Assembly: GCA_964016885.1 (NCBI GenBank)
Contig: OZ024744.1
Span: 55,428,001 to 55,492,000, forward strand
Direction: 5' to 3'
DNA from: Eledone cirrhosa
Taxonomy: Eukaryota
DNA: 64,000 bases
The notes beneath the pieces were generated by a model. It was not told the origin of the DNA. It did not search any database and worked only from the letters and a program-made list of their open reading frames with translations. Below, one piece after another: positions 1 through 18,000 of the stretch. The stretch's first letter is position 1; the number at the start of each line of letters is the position of its first letter. The translations under genes and the position numbers were made by a program.

Positions 1-3000
1 ATATATATTGTTGTTGTATGTGACAGTGGCAATACATATTGTTGTTGTATGTGACAGTGACAATACATATTGTTGTTGTATGTGACAGTAACAATACATA
101 GTGTTGTTGTATGTGACAGTAACAATACATATTGTTGTTGTATGTGACAGTAACAATACATATTGTTGTTGTATGTGACAGTGACAATACATATTGTTGT
201 TGTATGTGACAGTGACAATACATATTGTTGTTGTATGTGACAGTAACAATACATATTGTTGTTGTATGTGACAGTGACAATACATATTGTTGTTGTATGT
301 GACAGTAACAATACATATTGTTGTTGTATGTGACAGTAACAATACATATTGTTGTTGTATGTGACAGTGACAATACATATTGTTGTTGTATGTGACAGTA
401 ACAATACATATTGTTGTTGTACGTGACAGTGACAATACATATTGTTGTTGTATGTGACAATACATATTGTTGTTGTATGTGACAGTGACAATACATATTG
501 TTGTTGTATGTGACAATACATATTGTTGTTGTATGTGACAGTGACAATACATATTGTTGTTGTATGTGACAGTGACAATACATATTGTTGTTGTATGTGA
601 CAATACATATTGTTGTTGTATGTGACAGTGACAATACATATTGTTGTTGTATGTGACAGTAACAATACATATTGTTGTTGTATGTGACAGTAACAATACA
701 TATTGTTGTTGTATGTGACAATACATATTGTTGTTGTATGTGACAGTAACAATACATATTGTTGTTGTATGTGACAGTAACAATACATATTGTTGTTGTA
801 TGTGACAGTAACAATACATATTGTTGTTGTATGTGACAGTAACAATACATATTGTTGTTGTATGTGACAGTGACAATACATATTGTTGTTGTATGTGACA
901 ATACATATTGTTGTTGTATGTGACAATACATATTGTTGTTGTATGTGACAGTAACAATACACATTGTTGTGGTATGTGACAGTGACAATATATATTGTTG
1001 TTGTATGTGACAATACATATTGTTGTTGTATGTGACAGTAACAATACATATTGTTGTTGTATGTGACAGTAACAATACATATTTTTGTTATATGTGACAG
1101 TGACAATACATATTGTTGTTGTATGTGACAGTAACAATACATATTGTTGTTGTATGTGACAGTAACAATACATATTGTTGTTGTATGTGACAGTAACAAT
1201 ACATATTGTTGTTGTATGTGACAGTAACAATACATATTACTGTTGTATGTGACAGTAACAATACATATTGTTGTTGTATGGGACAGTGACAATACATATT
1301 TTTGTTGTATGTGACAATACATATTGTTATTGTATGTGACAGTAACAATACATATTGTTGTTGTATGTGACAGTAACAATACATATTGTTGTTGTATGTG
1401 ACAGTAACAATACATCTTGTTGTTGTATGTGACAGTAACAATACATATTGTTGTTGTATGTGACAGTAACAATACATATTGTTGTTGTATGTGACAGTAA
1501 CGATACATATTGTTGTTGTATGTGACAGTAACAATACATATTACTGTTATATGTGACAGTAACAATACATATTGTTGTTGTATGTGACAGTAACAATACA
1601 TATTGTTGTTGTATGTGACAGTAACAATACATATTGTTGTTGTATGTGACAGTAACAATACATATTGTTGTTGTATGTGACAGTGACAATACATATTGTT
1701 GTTGTATGTGACAGTGACAATACATATTGTTGTTGTATGTGACAGTGACAATACATATTGTTGTTGTATGTGACAGTAACAATACATATTGTTGTTATAT
1801 GTGACAGTGACAATACATATTGTTGTTATATGTGACAGTAACAATACATATTGTTGTTGTATGTGACAGTGACAATACATATTGTTGTTGTATGTGACAG
1901 TAACAATACATATTGTTGTTGTATGTGACAGTAACAATACATATTGTTGTTGTATGTGACAATACATATTGTTGTTGAACGTGACAGTAACAATACATAT
2001 TGTTGTTGTATGTGACAGTGACAATACATTTGTTGTTGTATGGGACAGTAACAATACATATTGTTGTTGTATGTGACAGTAACAATACATATTGTTGTTG
2101 TATGTGACAGTAACAATACATATTACTGTTGTATGTGACAATACATTTTGTTGTTGTATGTGACAGTAACAATACATATTGTTGTTGTATGTGACAGTAA
2201 CAATACATATTGTTGTTGTATGTGACAGCGACAATACATATTGTTGTTGTATGTGACAGTGACAATACATATTGTTGTTGTATGTGACAGTAACAATACA
2301 TATTACTGTTGTATGTGACAGTAACAATACATATTGTTGTTGTATGTGACAGTAACAATACATATTGTTATTGTATGTGACAGTAACAATACATATTGTT
2401 GTTGTATGTGACAGTAACACTACATATTGTTGTTGTATGTGACAATACATATTGTTGTAGTATGTGACAGTGACAATACATATTGTTGTTATATGTGACA
2501 GTAACAATACATATTGTTGTTATATGTGACAGTAACAATACATATTGTTGTTGTATGTGACAATACATATTGTTGTTGTATGTGACAGTAACAATACATA
2601 TTACTGTTGTATGTGACAGTAACAATACATAGTGTTGTTGTATGTGACAGTAACAATACATATTGTTGTTGTATGTGACAGTGACAATACATATTACTGT
2701 TGTATGTGACAGTAACAATACATATTGTTGTTGTATGTGACAGTAACAATACATATTGTTGTTGTATGTGACAGTAACAATACATATTGTTGTTGTATGT
2801 GACAGTGACAATACATATTGTTGTTGTATGTGACAGTAACAATACATATTGTTGTTGTATGTGACAGTAACAATACATATTGTTGTTGTATGTGACAGTA
2901 ACAATACATATTGTTGTTGTATGTGACAGTGACAATACATATTGTTGTTGTATGTGACAGTGACAATACATATTGTTGTTGTATGTGACAGTGACAATAC

Positions 3001-6000
3001 ATATTGTTGTTGTATGTGATAGTAACAATACATATTGTTGTTATATGTGACAGTGACAATACATATTGTTGTTGTATGTGACAATACATATTGTTGTTGT
3101 ATGTGACAGTGACAATACATATTGTTGTTGTATGTGACAGTGACAATATATATTGTTGTTGTATGTGACAGTGACAATACATATTGTTGTTGTATGTGAT
3201 AATACATATTGTTGTTGTATGTGACAGTGACAATACATATTGTTGTTGTATGTGACAGTAACAATACATATTGTTGTTGTATGTGACAGTAACAATACAT
3301 ATTGTTGTTATATGTGACAGTAACAATACATATTGTTGTTGTATGTGACAGTGACAATACATATTGTTGTTGTATGTAACAGTAACAATACATATTGTTG
3401 TAGTATGTGACAATACATATTGTTGTTGTATATGACAGTGACAATACATATTGTTGTTGTATGTGACAATACATATTGTTATTGTATGTGACAGTAACAA
3501 TACATATTGTTGTTGTATGTGACAGTAACAATACATATTGTTGTTGTATGTGACAATACATATTGTTGTTGTATGTGACAGTGACAATACATATTGTTGT
3601 TGTATGTGACAGTAACAATATATATTGTTGTTGTATGTGACAGTGACAATACATATTGTTGTTGTATGTGACAATACATATTGTTATTGTATGTGACAGT
3701 GACAATACATATTATTGTTGTATGTGACAATACATATTGTTATTGTATGTGACAGTAACAATACATATTGTTGTTGTATGTGACAATACATATTGTTGTT
3801 GTATGTGACAGTGACAATACATATTGTTGTTGTATGTGACAATACATATTGTTGTTGTATGTGACAGTGAAAATACATATTGTTGTTGTATGTGACAGTG
3901 ACAATACATATTGTTGTTGTATGTGACAGTAACAATACATATTGTTGTTGTATGTGACAGTAACAATACATATTGTTGTTGTATGTGACAATACATATTG
4001 TTGTAGTATGTGACAGTGACAATAGATATTGTTGTTATATGTGACAGTAACAATACATATTGTTGTTGTATGTGACAATACATATTGTTGTTGTATGTGA
4101 CAGTAACAATACATATTGTTGTTGTATGTGACAGTAACAATACATATTGTTGTTGTATGTGACAGTAACAATACATATTGTTGTTGTATGTGACAGTAAC
4201 AATACATATTGTTGTTGTATGTGACAGTGACAATACATATTGTTGTTGTATGTGACAGTAACAATACATATTGTTGTTGTATGTGACAGTAACAATACAT
4301 ATTGCTGTTGTATGTGACAGTGACAATACATATTGTTGTTATATGTGACAGTAACAATACATATTGTTGTTGTAGGTGACAGTAACAATACATATTGTTG
4401 TTGTATGTGACAGTGCCAATACATATTGTTGTTGTATGTGACAATACATTTTGTTGTTGTATGTGACAGTAACAATACATATTGTTGTTGTATGTGACAG
4501 TGACAATACATATTGTTGTTGTATGTGACAGTAACAATACATATTGTTGTTGTATGTGACAGTAACAATACATATTGTTGTATGTGACAGTGACAATACA
4601 TATTCTTGTTGTATGTGACAGTGACAATACATATTGTTGTTGTAAGTGACAGTAACAATACATATTGTTGTTGTATGTGACAGTGACAATACATATTGTT
4701 GTTGTATGTGACAGTAACAATACATATTACTGTTATATGTGACAGTAACAATACATATTGTTGTTATATGTGACAGTGACAATACATATTGTTGTTGTAT
4801 GTGACAGTGACAATACATATTGTTGTTGTATGTGACAGTAACAATATATATTGTTTTTATATGTGACAGTAACAATACATATTATTGTTGTATGTGACAG
4901 TGACAATACATATTGTTGTTGTATGTGACAGTAACAATACATATTGTTGTTATATGTGACAGTAACAATACATATTGTTGTTGTATGTGACAGTAACAAT
5001 ACATATTGTTGTTGTATGTGACAGTGCCAATACATATTGTTGTTGTATGTGACAATACATTTTGTTGTTGTATGTGACAGTAACAATACATACTGTTGTT
5101 GTATGTGACAGTGACAATACATATTGTTGTTGTATGTGACAGTAACAATACATATTGTTGTTGTATGTGACAGTAACAATACATATTGTTGTTGTATGTG
5201 ACAGTGACAATACATATTCTTGTTGTATGTGACAGTGACAATACATATTGTTGTTGTATGTGACAGTAACAATACATATTGTTGTTGTATGTGACAGTGA
5301 CAATACATATTGTTGTTGTATGTGACAATACATTTTGTTGTTGTATGTGACAGTAATAATACATATTACTGTTGTATGTGACAATAACAATACATATTGT
5401 TGTTGTATGTGACAGTGACAATACATATTGTTGTTGTATGTGATAATACATATTGTTGTTGTATGTGACAGTGACAATACATATTGTTGTTGTATGTGAC
5501 AGTAACAATTCATATTGTTGTTGTATGTGACAGTGACAATACATATTGTTGTTGTATGTGACAGTGACAATACATATTGTTGTTGTATGTGACAGTAACA
5601 ATACATATTGTTGTTGTATGTGACAGTAACAATACATAGTGTTGTTGTATGTGACAGTGACAATACATATTGTTGTTGTATGTGACAATACATTTTGTTG
5701 TTGTATGTGACAGTAACAATACATATTACTGTTGTATGTGACAATAACAATACATATTGTTGTTGTATGTGACAGTGACAATACATAGTGTTGTTGTATG
5801 TGATAATACATATTGTTGTTGTATGTGACAGTGACAATACATATTGTTGTTGTATGTGACAGTAACCATACATAATGTTGTTGTATGTGACAGTAACAAT
5901 ACATATTCTTGTTGTACGTGACAGTAACAATACATATTGTTGTTGTATGTGACAGTAACAATACATATTGTTGTTGTATGTGACAGTGACAATACATATT

Positions 6001-9000
6001 GTTGTTGTATGTGACAGTGACAATACATATTGTTGTTGTATGTGACAGTGACAATACATATTGTTGTTGTATGTGACAGTGACAATACATATTGTTGTTG
6101 TACGTGACAGTAACAATACATATTGTTGTTGTATGTGACAGTGACGATACATATTGTTGTTATATGTGACAGTAACAATACATATTGTTGTTGTATGTGA
6201 CAATACATATTGTTGTTGTATGTGACAGTAACAATACATAGTGTTGTTGTATGTGACAGTAACAATACATATTGTTGTTGTATGTGACAGTGACAATACA
6301 TATTGTTGTTGTATGTGACAGTGACAATACATATTACTGTTGTATGTGACAGTAACAATACATATTACTGTTGTATGTTACAGTAACAATACATATTGTT
6401 GTTGTATGTGACAGTAACAATACATATTGTTGTTGTATGTGACAGTAACAATACATATTGTTGTTGTATGTGACAGTGACAATACATATTGTTGTTGTAT
6501 GTGACAGTAACAATACATATTGTTGTTGTATGTGACAGTAACAATACATATTGTTGTTGTATGTGACAGTAACAATACATATTGTTGTTGTATGTGACAG
6601 TGACAATACATATTGTTGTTGTATGTGACAGTGACAATACATATTGTTGTTGTATGTGACAGTGACAATACATATTGTTGTTGTATGTGACAGTGGCAAT
6701 ACATATTGTTGTTATATGTGACAGTAACAATACATATTGTTGTTGTATGTGACAGTGACAATACATATTGTTGTTGTATGTAACAGTAACAATACATATT
6801 GTTGTAGTATGTGACAATACATATTGTTGTTGTATGTGACAGTGACAATACATATTGTTGTTGTATGTAACAGTAACAATACATATTGTTGTTGTATGTG
6901 ACAATACATATTGTTATTGTATGTGACAGTAACAATACATATTGTTGTTGTATGTGACAGTAACAATACATATTGTTGTTGTATGTGACAATACATATTG
7001 TTGTTGTATGTGACAGTGACAATACATATTGTTGTTGTATGTGACAGTAACAATATATATTGTTGTTGTATGTGACAGTGACAATACATATTGTTGTTGT
7101 ATGTGACAATACATATTGTTATTGTATGTGACAGTGACAATACATATTATTGTTGTATGTGACAATACATATTGTTATTGTATGTGACAGTAACAATACA
7201 TATTGTTGTTGTATGTGACAATACATATTGTTGTTGTATGTGACAGTGACAATACATATTGTTGTTGTATGTGACAATACATATTGTTGTTGTATGTGAC
7301 AGTGACAATACATATTGTTGTTGTATGTGACAGTGACAATACATATTGTTGTTGTATGTGACAGTAACAATACATATTGTTGTTGTATGTGACAGTAACA
7401 ATACATATTGTTGTTGTATGTGACAGTAACAATACATATTACTGTTGTATGTGACGATACATTTTGTTGTTGTATGTGACAGTGACAATACATATTGTTG
7501 TTGTATGTGACAGTGACAATACATATTGTTGTTGTATGTGACAATACATATTGTTGTTGTATGTGACAGTGACAATACATATTGTTGTTGTATGTGACAG
7601 TGACAATACATATTGTTGTTGTATGTGACAGTAACAATACATATTGTTGTTGTATGTGACAGTAACAATACATATTGTTGTTGTATGTGACAGTGACAAT
7701 ACATATTGTTGTTGTATGTGACAGTGACAATACATATTACTGTTGTATGTGAGAGTAACAATACATATTGTTGTTGTATGTGACAGTAACAATACATATT
7801 GTTGTTGTATGTGACAGTAACAATACATATTGTTGTTGTATGTGACAGTAACAATACATATTGTTGTTGTATGTGACAGTAACAATACATATTGTTGTTG
7901 TATGTGACAGTAACAATACATATTGTTGTTGTATGTGACAGTGACAATACATATTGTTGTTGTATGTGACAGTAACAATACATATTGTTGTTGTATGTGA
8001 CAATACATATTGTTGTTGTATGTGACAGTAACAATACATATTACTGTTGTATGTGACAGTAACAATACATATTGTTGTTGTATGTGACAGTAACAATACA
8101 TATTGTTGTTGTATGTGACAGTAACAATACATATTGTTGTTGTATGTGACAGTGACAATACATATTGTTGTTGTATGTGACAGTAACAATACATATTGTT
8201 GTTGTATGTGACAGTAACAATACATATTGTTGTTGTATGTGACAGTAACAATACATATTGTTGTTGTATGTGACAGTGACAATACATATTGTTGTTGTAT
8301 GTGACAGTAACAATACATATTGTTGTTGTATGTGACAGTAACAATACATATTGTTGTTGTATGTGACAGTAACAATACATATTGTTGTTGTATGTGACAG
8401 TAACAATACATATTACTGTTGTATGTGACAGTAACAATACATATTGTTGTTGTATGTGACAGTAACAATATATATTGTTTTTATATGTGACAGTAACAAT
8501 ACATATTATTGTTGTATGTGACAGTGACAATACATATTGTTGTTGTATGTGACAGTAACAATACATATTGTTGTTGTATGTGACAGTAACAATACATATT
8601 GTTGTTGTATGTGACAGTAACAATACATATTACTGTTGTATGTGACAGTAACAATACATATTGTTGTTGTATGTGACAATACATATTGTTGTTGTATGTG
8701 ACAGTAACAATATATATTGTTGTTGTATGTGACAGTAACAATACATATTGTTGTTGTATGTGACAGTAACAATACATATTACTGTTGTATGTGACAGTAA
8801 CAATACATATTGTTGTTGTATGTGACAATACATATTGTTGTTGTATGTGACAGTAACAATATATATTGTTGTTGTATGTGACAGTAACAATACATATTGT
8901 TGTTGTATGTGACAGTGACAATACATATTGTTGTTGTATGTGACAGTAACAATATATATTGTTTTTATATGTGACAGTAACAATACATATTATTGTTGTA

Positions 9001-12000
9001 TGTGACAGTGACAATACATATTGTTGTTATATGTGACAGTAACAATATATATTGTTTTTATATGTGACAGTAACAATACATATTGTTGTTGTATGTGACA
9101 GTAACAATACATATTGTTGTTGTATGTGACAGTAACAATACATATTACTGTTGTATGTGACAGTAACAATACATATTGTTGTTGTATGTGACAGTAACAA
9201 TATATATTGTTTTTATATGTGACAGTAACAATACATATTGTTGTTGTATGTGACAGTGACAATACATATTGTTGTTGTATGTGACAGTAACAATACATAT
9301 TGTTGTTGTATGTGACAGTAACAATACATATTGTTGTTGTATGTGACAGTAACGATACATATTGCTGTTGTATGTGACAGTGACAATACATATTGTTGTT
9401 ATATGTGACAGTAACAATACATATTGTTGTTGTATGTGACAGTAACAATACATATTGTTGTTGTATGTGACAGTGCCAATACATATTGTTGTTGTATGTG
9501 ACAATACATTTTGTTGTTGTATGTGACAGTAACAATACATACTGTTGTTGTATGTGACAGTGACAATACATATTGTTGTTGTATGTGACAGTAACAATAC
9601 ATATTGTTGTTGTATGTGACAGTAACAATACATATTGTTGTTGTATGTGACAGTGACAATACATATTCTTGTTGTATGTGACAGTGACAATACATATTGT
9701 TGTTGTATGTGACAGTAACAATACATATTGTTGTTGTATGTGACAGTGACAATACATATTGTTGTTGTATGTGACAATACATTTTGTTGTTGTATGTGAC
9801 AGTAATAATACATATTACTGTTGTATGTGACAATAACAATACATATTGTTGTTGTATGTGACAGTGACAATACATATTGTTGTTGTATGTGATAATACAT
9901 ATTGTTGTTGTATGTGACAGTGACAATACATATTGTTGTTGTATGTGACAGTAACAATTCATATTGTTGTTGTATGTGACAGTGACAATACATATTGTTG
10001 TTGTATGTGACAGTGACAATACATATTGTTGTTGTATGTGACAGTAACAATACATATTGTTGTTGTATGTGACAGTAACAATACATAGTGTTGTTGTATG
10101 TGACAGTGACAATACATATTGTTGTTGTATGTGACAATACATTTTGTTGTTGTATGTGACAGTAACAATACATATTACTGTTGTATGTGACAATAACAAT
10201 ACATATTGTTGTTGTATGTGACAGTGACAATACATAGTGTTGTTGTATGTGATAATACATATTGTTGTTGTATGTGACAGTGACAATACATATTGTTGTT
10301 GTATGTGACAGTAACCATACATAATGTTGTTGTATGTGACAGTAACAATACATATTCTTGTTGTACGTGACAGTAACAATACATATTGTTGTTGTATGTG
10401 ACAGTAACAATACATATTGTTGTTGTATGTGACAGTGACAATACATATTGTTGTTGTATGTGACAGTGACAATACATATTGTTGTTGTATGTGACAGTAA
10501 CAATACATAGTGTTGTTGTATGTGACAGTGACGATACATATTGTTGTTGTATGTGACAGTAACAATACATATTGTTGTTGTATGTGACAGTAACAATACA
10601 TATTGTTGTTGTATGTGACAGTAACAATACATAGTGTTGTTGTATGTGAGAGTAACAATACATATTGTTGTTGTATGTGACAATACATAGTGTTGTTGTA
10701 TGTGACAGTAACAATACATATTGTTGTTGTATGTGACAGTAACAATACATAGTGTTGTTGTATGTGAGAGTAACAATACATATTGTTGTTGTACGTGACA
10801 GTAACAATACATATTGTTGTTGTATGTGACAGTAACAATACATATTGTTGTTGTATGTGACAGTGACAATACATATTGTTGTTGTATGTGACAGTGACAA
10901 TACATATTGTTGTTGTATGTGACAGTAACAATACATATTGTTGTTGTATGTGACAGTGACAATACATATTACTGTTGTATGTGACAGTAACAATACATAT
11001 TGTTGTTGTATGTGACAGTAACAATACATATTGTTGTTGTATGTGACAGTAACCATACATAGTGTTGTTGTATGTGACAGTAACAATACATATTGTTGTT
11101 GTATGTGAGAGTAACAATACATATTGTTGTTGTATGTGAAAATACATAGTGTTGTTGTATGTGACAGTAACAATACATATTGTTGTTGTATGTGACAGTG
11201 ACAATACATATTGTTGTTGTGTGACAGTGCAAATACATATTGTTGTTATATGTGACAGTGACAATACATATTGTTGTTGTATGTGACAGTGACAATACAT
11301 ATTGTTGTTGTATGTGACAGTGACAATACATATTACTGTTGTATGTGACAGTAACAATACATATTGTTGTTGTATGTGACAGTGACAATACATATTGTTG
11401 TTGTATGTGACAGTGACAATACATATTACTGTTGTATGTGACAGTAACAATACATATTGTTGTTGTATGTGACAGTAACAATACATATTGTTTTTATATG
11501 TGACAGTAACAATACATATTGTTGTTGTATGTGACAGTGACAATACATATTGTTGTTGTATGTGACAGTAACAATACATATTGTTGTTGTTTGTGACAGT
11601 AACAATACATATTGTTGTTGTATGTGACAGTAACAATACATATTGCTGTTGTATGTGACAGTGACAATACATATTGTTGTTATATGTGACAGTAACAATA
11701 CATATTGTTGTTGTATGTGACAGTAACAATACATATTGTTGTTGTATGTGACAGTGCCAATACATATTGTTGTTGTATGTGACAATACATTTTGTTGTTG
11801 TATGTGACAGTAACAATACATATTGTTGTTGTATGTGACAGTAACAATACATATTGTTGTTGTATGTGACAGTGACAATACATATTCTTGTTGTATGTGA
11901 CAGTGACAATACATATTTTTGTTGTATGTGACAGTAACAATACATATTGTTGTTGTATGAGACAGTGACAATACATATTGTTGTTGTATGTGACAGTGAC

Positions 12001-15000
12001 AATACATATTGTTGTTGTATGTGACAGTGACAATACATATTGTTGTTATATGTGACAGTAACAATACATATTGTTGTTGTATGTGACAGTAACAATACAT
12101 ATTGTTGTTGTACGTGACAGTAACAATACATATTGTTGTTGTATGTGACAGTGACAATACATATTGTTGTTGAATGTGACAGTAACCATACATATTGTTG
12201 TTGTATGTGACAGTAACAATACATATTGTTGTTGTACGTGACAGTAACAATACATATTGTTGTTGTATGTGACAGTAACAATACATATTGTTGTTGTATG
12301 TGACAGTAACAATACATATTGTTGTTGTATGTGACAGTGACAATACATATTGTTGTTGTATGTGACAGTGACAATACATATTGTTGTTGTATGTGACAGT
12401 GAAAATACATATTGTTGTTGTATGTGACAGTGACAATACATATTGTTGTTGTATGAGACAGTAACAATATATATTGTTGTTGTATGTGACAGTGGCAATA
12501 CATATTGTTGTTGTATGTGACAGTAACAATACATATTGTTGTCATATGTGACAGTAACAATACATATTGTTGTTGTATGTGACAGTAACAATACATATTG
12601 TTGTTGTATGTGACAGTAACAATACATATTGTTGTTGTATGTGACAGTGACAATACATATTGTTGTTATATGTGACAGTAACAATACATATTGTTGTTGT
12701 ATGTGACAGTGAAAATACATATTGTTGTTGTATGTGACAGTAACAATACATATTGTTGTATGTGACAGTAACAATACATATTGTTGTTGTATGTGACAGT
12801 GAAAATACATATTGTTGTTGTATGTGACAGTGACAATACATATTGTTGTTGTATGTGACAGTGACAATACATATTGTTGTTGTATGTGACAGTGACAATA
12901 CATATTGTTGTTGTATGTGACAGTAACAATATATATTGTTGTTGTATGTGACAGTGGCAATACATATTGTTGTTGTATGTGACAGTAACAATACATATTG
13001 TTGTCATATGTGACAGTAACAATACATATTGTTGTTGTATGTGACAGTAACAATACATATTGTTGTTGTATGTGACAGTAACAATACATATTGTTGTTGT
13101 ATGTGACAGTGACAATACATATTGTTGTTATATGTGACAGTAACAATACATATTGTTGATGTATGTGACAGTGAAAATACATATTGTTGTTGTATGTGAC
13201 AGTAACAATACATATTGTTGTATGTGACAGTAACAATACATATTGTTGTTATATGTGACAGTAACAATACATATTGTTGTTGTATGTGACAGTAACAATA
13301 CATATTGTTGTTGTATGTGATAATACATATTGTTGTTGTATGTGACAGTGACAATACATATTGTTGTTGTATGTGACAGTAACCATACATATTGTTGTTG
13401 TATGTGACAGTAACAATACATACTGTTGTTGTACGTGACAGTAACAATACATATTGTTGTTGTATGTGACAGTAACAATACATATTGTTGTTGTATGTGA
13501 CAGTGACAATACATATTGTTGCTGTATGTGACAGTAACAATACATATTGTTGTTGTATGTGACAGTAACAATACACATTGTTGTTGTATGTGACAGTGAC
13601 AATACATATTGTTTTTGTATGTGACAGTGACAATACATATTGTTGTTGTATGTGACAGTAACAATACATATTGTTGTTCTATGTGACAGTAACAATACAT
13701 ATTGTTGTTGTATGTGACAGTAACAATACATATTGTTGTTGTATGTGACAGTAACAATACATATTGTTGTTCTATGTGACAGTAACAATACATATTGTTG
13801 TTGTATGTGACAGTGACAATACATATTGTTGTTGTATGTGACAGTGACAATACATATTGTTGTTGTATGTGACAGTGACAATACATATTGTTGTTGTATG
13901 TGACAGTGACAATACATATTGTTGTTGTATGTGACAATACATTTTGTTGTTGTATGTGACAGTAACAATACATATTGTTGTTGTATGTGACAATGACAAT
14001 ACATATTGTTGTTGTATGTGACAGTAACAATACATATTGTTGTTGTATGTGACAGTAACAATACATATTGTTGTTGTATGTGACAGTGACAATACATATT
14101 CTTGTTGTATGTGACAGTGACAATACATATTGTTGTTGTATGTGACAGTAACAATACATATTGTTGTTGTATGTGACAGTGACAATACATATTGTTGTTG
14201 TATGTGACAATACATTTTGTTGTTGTATGTGACAGTAACAATACACATTGTTGTTGTATGTGACAGTGACAATACATATTGTTTTTGTATGTGACAGTAA
14301 CAATACATATTGTTGTTGTATGTGACAGTAACAATACATATTGTTGTTGTATGTGACAGTAACAATACATATTGTTGTTGTACGTGACAGTAACAATACA
14401 TATTGTTGTTGTATGTGACAGTAACAATACATATTGTTGTTCTATGTGACAGTAACAATGCATATTGTTGTTGTATGTGACAGTAACAATACATATTGTT
14501 GTTGTATGTGACAGTAACAATACATGTTACTGTTATATGTGACAGTAACAATACATAGTGTTGTTGTATGTGACAGTGACAATACATATTGTTGTTGTAT
14601 GTGACAGTGACAATACATATTACTGTTGTATGTGACAGTAACAATACATATTGTTGTTGTATGTGACAGTGACAATACATATTGTTGTTGTATGTGACAG
14701 TGACAATACATATTACTGTTGTATGTGACAGTAACAATACATATTGTTGTTGTATGTGACAGTAACAATACATATTGTTTTTATATGTGACAGTAACAAT
14801 ACATATTGTTGTTGTATGTGACAGTGACAATACATATTGTTGTTGTATGTGACAGTAACAATACATATTGTTGTTGTATGTAACAGTAACAATACATATT
14901 GTTGTTGTATGTGACAGTAACAATACATATTGCTGTTGTATGTGACAGTGACAATACATATTGTTGTTATATGTGACAGTAACAATACATATTGTTGTTG

Positions 15001-18000
15001 TATGTGACAGTAACAATACATATTGTTGTTGTATGTGACAGTGCCAATACATATTGTTGTTGTATGTGACAATACATTTTGTTGTTGTATGTGACAGTAA
15101 CAATACATATTGTTGTTGTATGTGACAGTAACAATACATATTGTTGTTGTATGTGACAGTGACAATACATATTGTTGTTGTATGTGACAGTAACAATACA
15201 TATTGTTGTATGTGACAGTAACAATACATATTGTTGTTATATGTGACAGTAACAATACATATTGTTGTTGTATGTGACAGTAACAATACATATTGTTGTT
15301 GTATGTGACAGTAACAATACATATTGTTGTTCTATGTGACAGTAACAATACATATTGTTGTTGTATGTGACAGTGACAATACATATTGTTTTTATATGTG
15401 ACAGTAACAATACATATTGTTGTTGTATGTGACAGTAACAATACATATTGTTGTTGTATGTGACAGTAACAATACATATTGTTGTTGTATGTGACAGTAA
15501 CAATACATATTGTTGTTGTATGTGACAGTAACAATACATATTGCTGTTGTATGTGACAGTGACAATACATATTGTTGCTGTATGTGACAATACATATTGT
15601 TGTTGTATGTGACAATACATATTGTTGTTGTATGTGACAGTGACAATACATATTGTTGTTGTATGTGACAGTAACAATACATAATGTTGTTATATGTGAC
15701 AGTAACAATACATATTGTTGTTGTATGTGACAGTAACAATACATATTGTTGTTGTATGTGACAGTGCCAATACATATTGTTGTTGTATGTGACAATACAT
15801 TTTGTTGTTGTATGTGACAGTAACAATACATATTGTTGTTGTATGTGACAATGACAATACATATTGTTGTTGTATGTGACAGTAACAATACATATTGTTG
15901 TTGTATGTGACAGTAACAATACATATTGTTGTTGTATGTGACAGTGACAATACATATTCTTGTTGTATGTGACAGTGACAATACATATTGTTGTTGTATG
16001 TGACAATACATATTGTTGTTGTATGTGACAGTGACAATACATATTGTTGTTGTATGTGACAGTAACAATACATATTGTTGTTGTATGTGACAGTGACAAT
16101 ACATATTGTTGTTGTATGTGACAGTAACAATTCATATTGTTGTTGTATGTGACAGTGACAATACATATTGTTGTTGTATGTGACAGTGACAATACATATT
16201 GTTGTTGTATGTGACAGTAACAATACATATTGTTGTTGTATGTGACAGTAACAATACATATTGTTGTTGTATGTGACAGTGACAATACATATTGTTGTTG
16301 TATGTGACAATACATTTTGTTGTTGTATGTGACAGTAACAATACATATTACTGTTGTATGTGACAATAACAATACATATTGTTGTTGTATGTGACAGTGA
16401 CAATACATATTGTTGTTGTATGTGACAGTGACAATACATATTGTTGTTGTATGTGATAATACATATTGTTGTTGTATGTGACAGTGACAATACATATTGT
16501 TGTTGTATGTGACAGTAACCATACATAATGTTGTTGTATGTGACAGTAACAATACATATTGTTGTTGTACGTGACAGTAACAATACATATTGTTGTTGTA
16601 TGTGACAGTAACAATACATATTGTTGTTCTATGTGACAGTAACAATACATATTGTTGTTGTATGTGACAGTGACAATACATATTGTTGTTGTATGTGACA
16701 GTGACAATACATATTGTTGTTGTATGTGACAGTAACAATACATATTGTTGTTGTATGTGACAGTAACAATACATATTGTTGTTGTATGTGACAGTAACAA
16801 TACATATTGTTGTTGTATGTGACAGTAACAATACATAGTGTTGTTGTATGTGACAGTAACAATACATATTGTTGTTATATGTGACAGTAACAATACATAT
16901 TGTTGTTGTATGTGACAGTGACAATACATATTGTTGTTGTATGTGAGAGTAACAATACATATTGTTGTTGTATGTGACAGTGACAATACATATTGTTGTT
17001 GTATGTGACAATACATAGTGTTGTTGTATGTGACAGTAACAATACATATTGTTGTTGTGTGACAGTGCCAATACATATTGTTGTTGTATGTGACAGTGAG
17101 AATACATATTGTTGTTGTATGTGACAGTAACAATACATATTACTGTTGTATGTGACAGTGACAATACATATTGTTGTTGTATGTGACAGTGACAATACAT
17201 ATTGTTGTTGTATGTGACAGTGACAATACATATTGTTGTTGTATGTGACAGTGACAATACATATTACTGTTGTATGTGACAGTAACAATACATATTGTTG
17301 TTGTATGTGACAGTGACAATACATATTGTTGTTGTATGTGACAGTGACAATACATATTACTGTTGTATGTGACATTAACAATACATATTGTTGTTGTATG
17401 TGACAGTAACAATACATATTGTTTTTATATGTGACAGTAACAATACATATTGTTGTTGTATGTGACAGTGACAATACATATTGTTGTTGTATGTGACAGT
17501 AACAATACATATTGTTGTTGTATGTGACAGTAACAATACATATTGTTGTTGTATGTGACAGTAACAATACATATTGCTGTTGTATGTGACAGTGACGATA
17601 CATATTGTTGTTATATGTGACAGTAACAATACATATTGTTGTTGTATGTGACAGTAACAATACATATTGTTGTTGTATGTGACAGTGCCAATACATATTG
17701 TTGTTGTATGTGACAATACATTTTGTTGTTGTATGTGACAGTAACAATACATATTGTTGTTGTATGTGACAGTGACAATACATATTGTTGTTGTATGTGA
17801 CAGTAACAATACATATTGTTGTTGTATGTGACAGTAACAATACATATTGTTGTTGTATGTGACAGTGATAATACATATTCTTGTTGTATGTGACAGTGAC
17901 AATACATATTGTTGTTGTATGTGACAGTAACAATACATATTGTTGTTGTATGTGACAGTGACAATACATATTGTTGTTGTATGTGACAGTGACAATACAT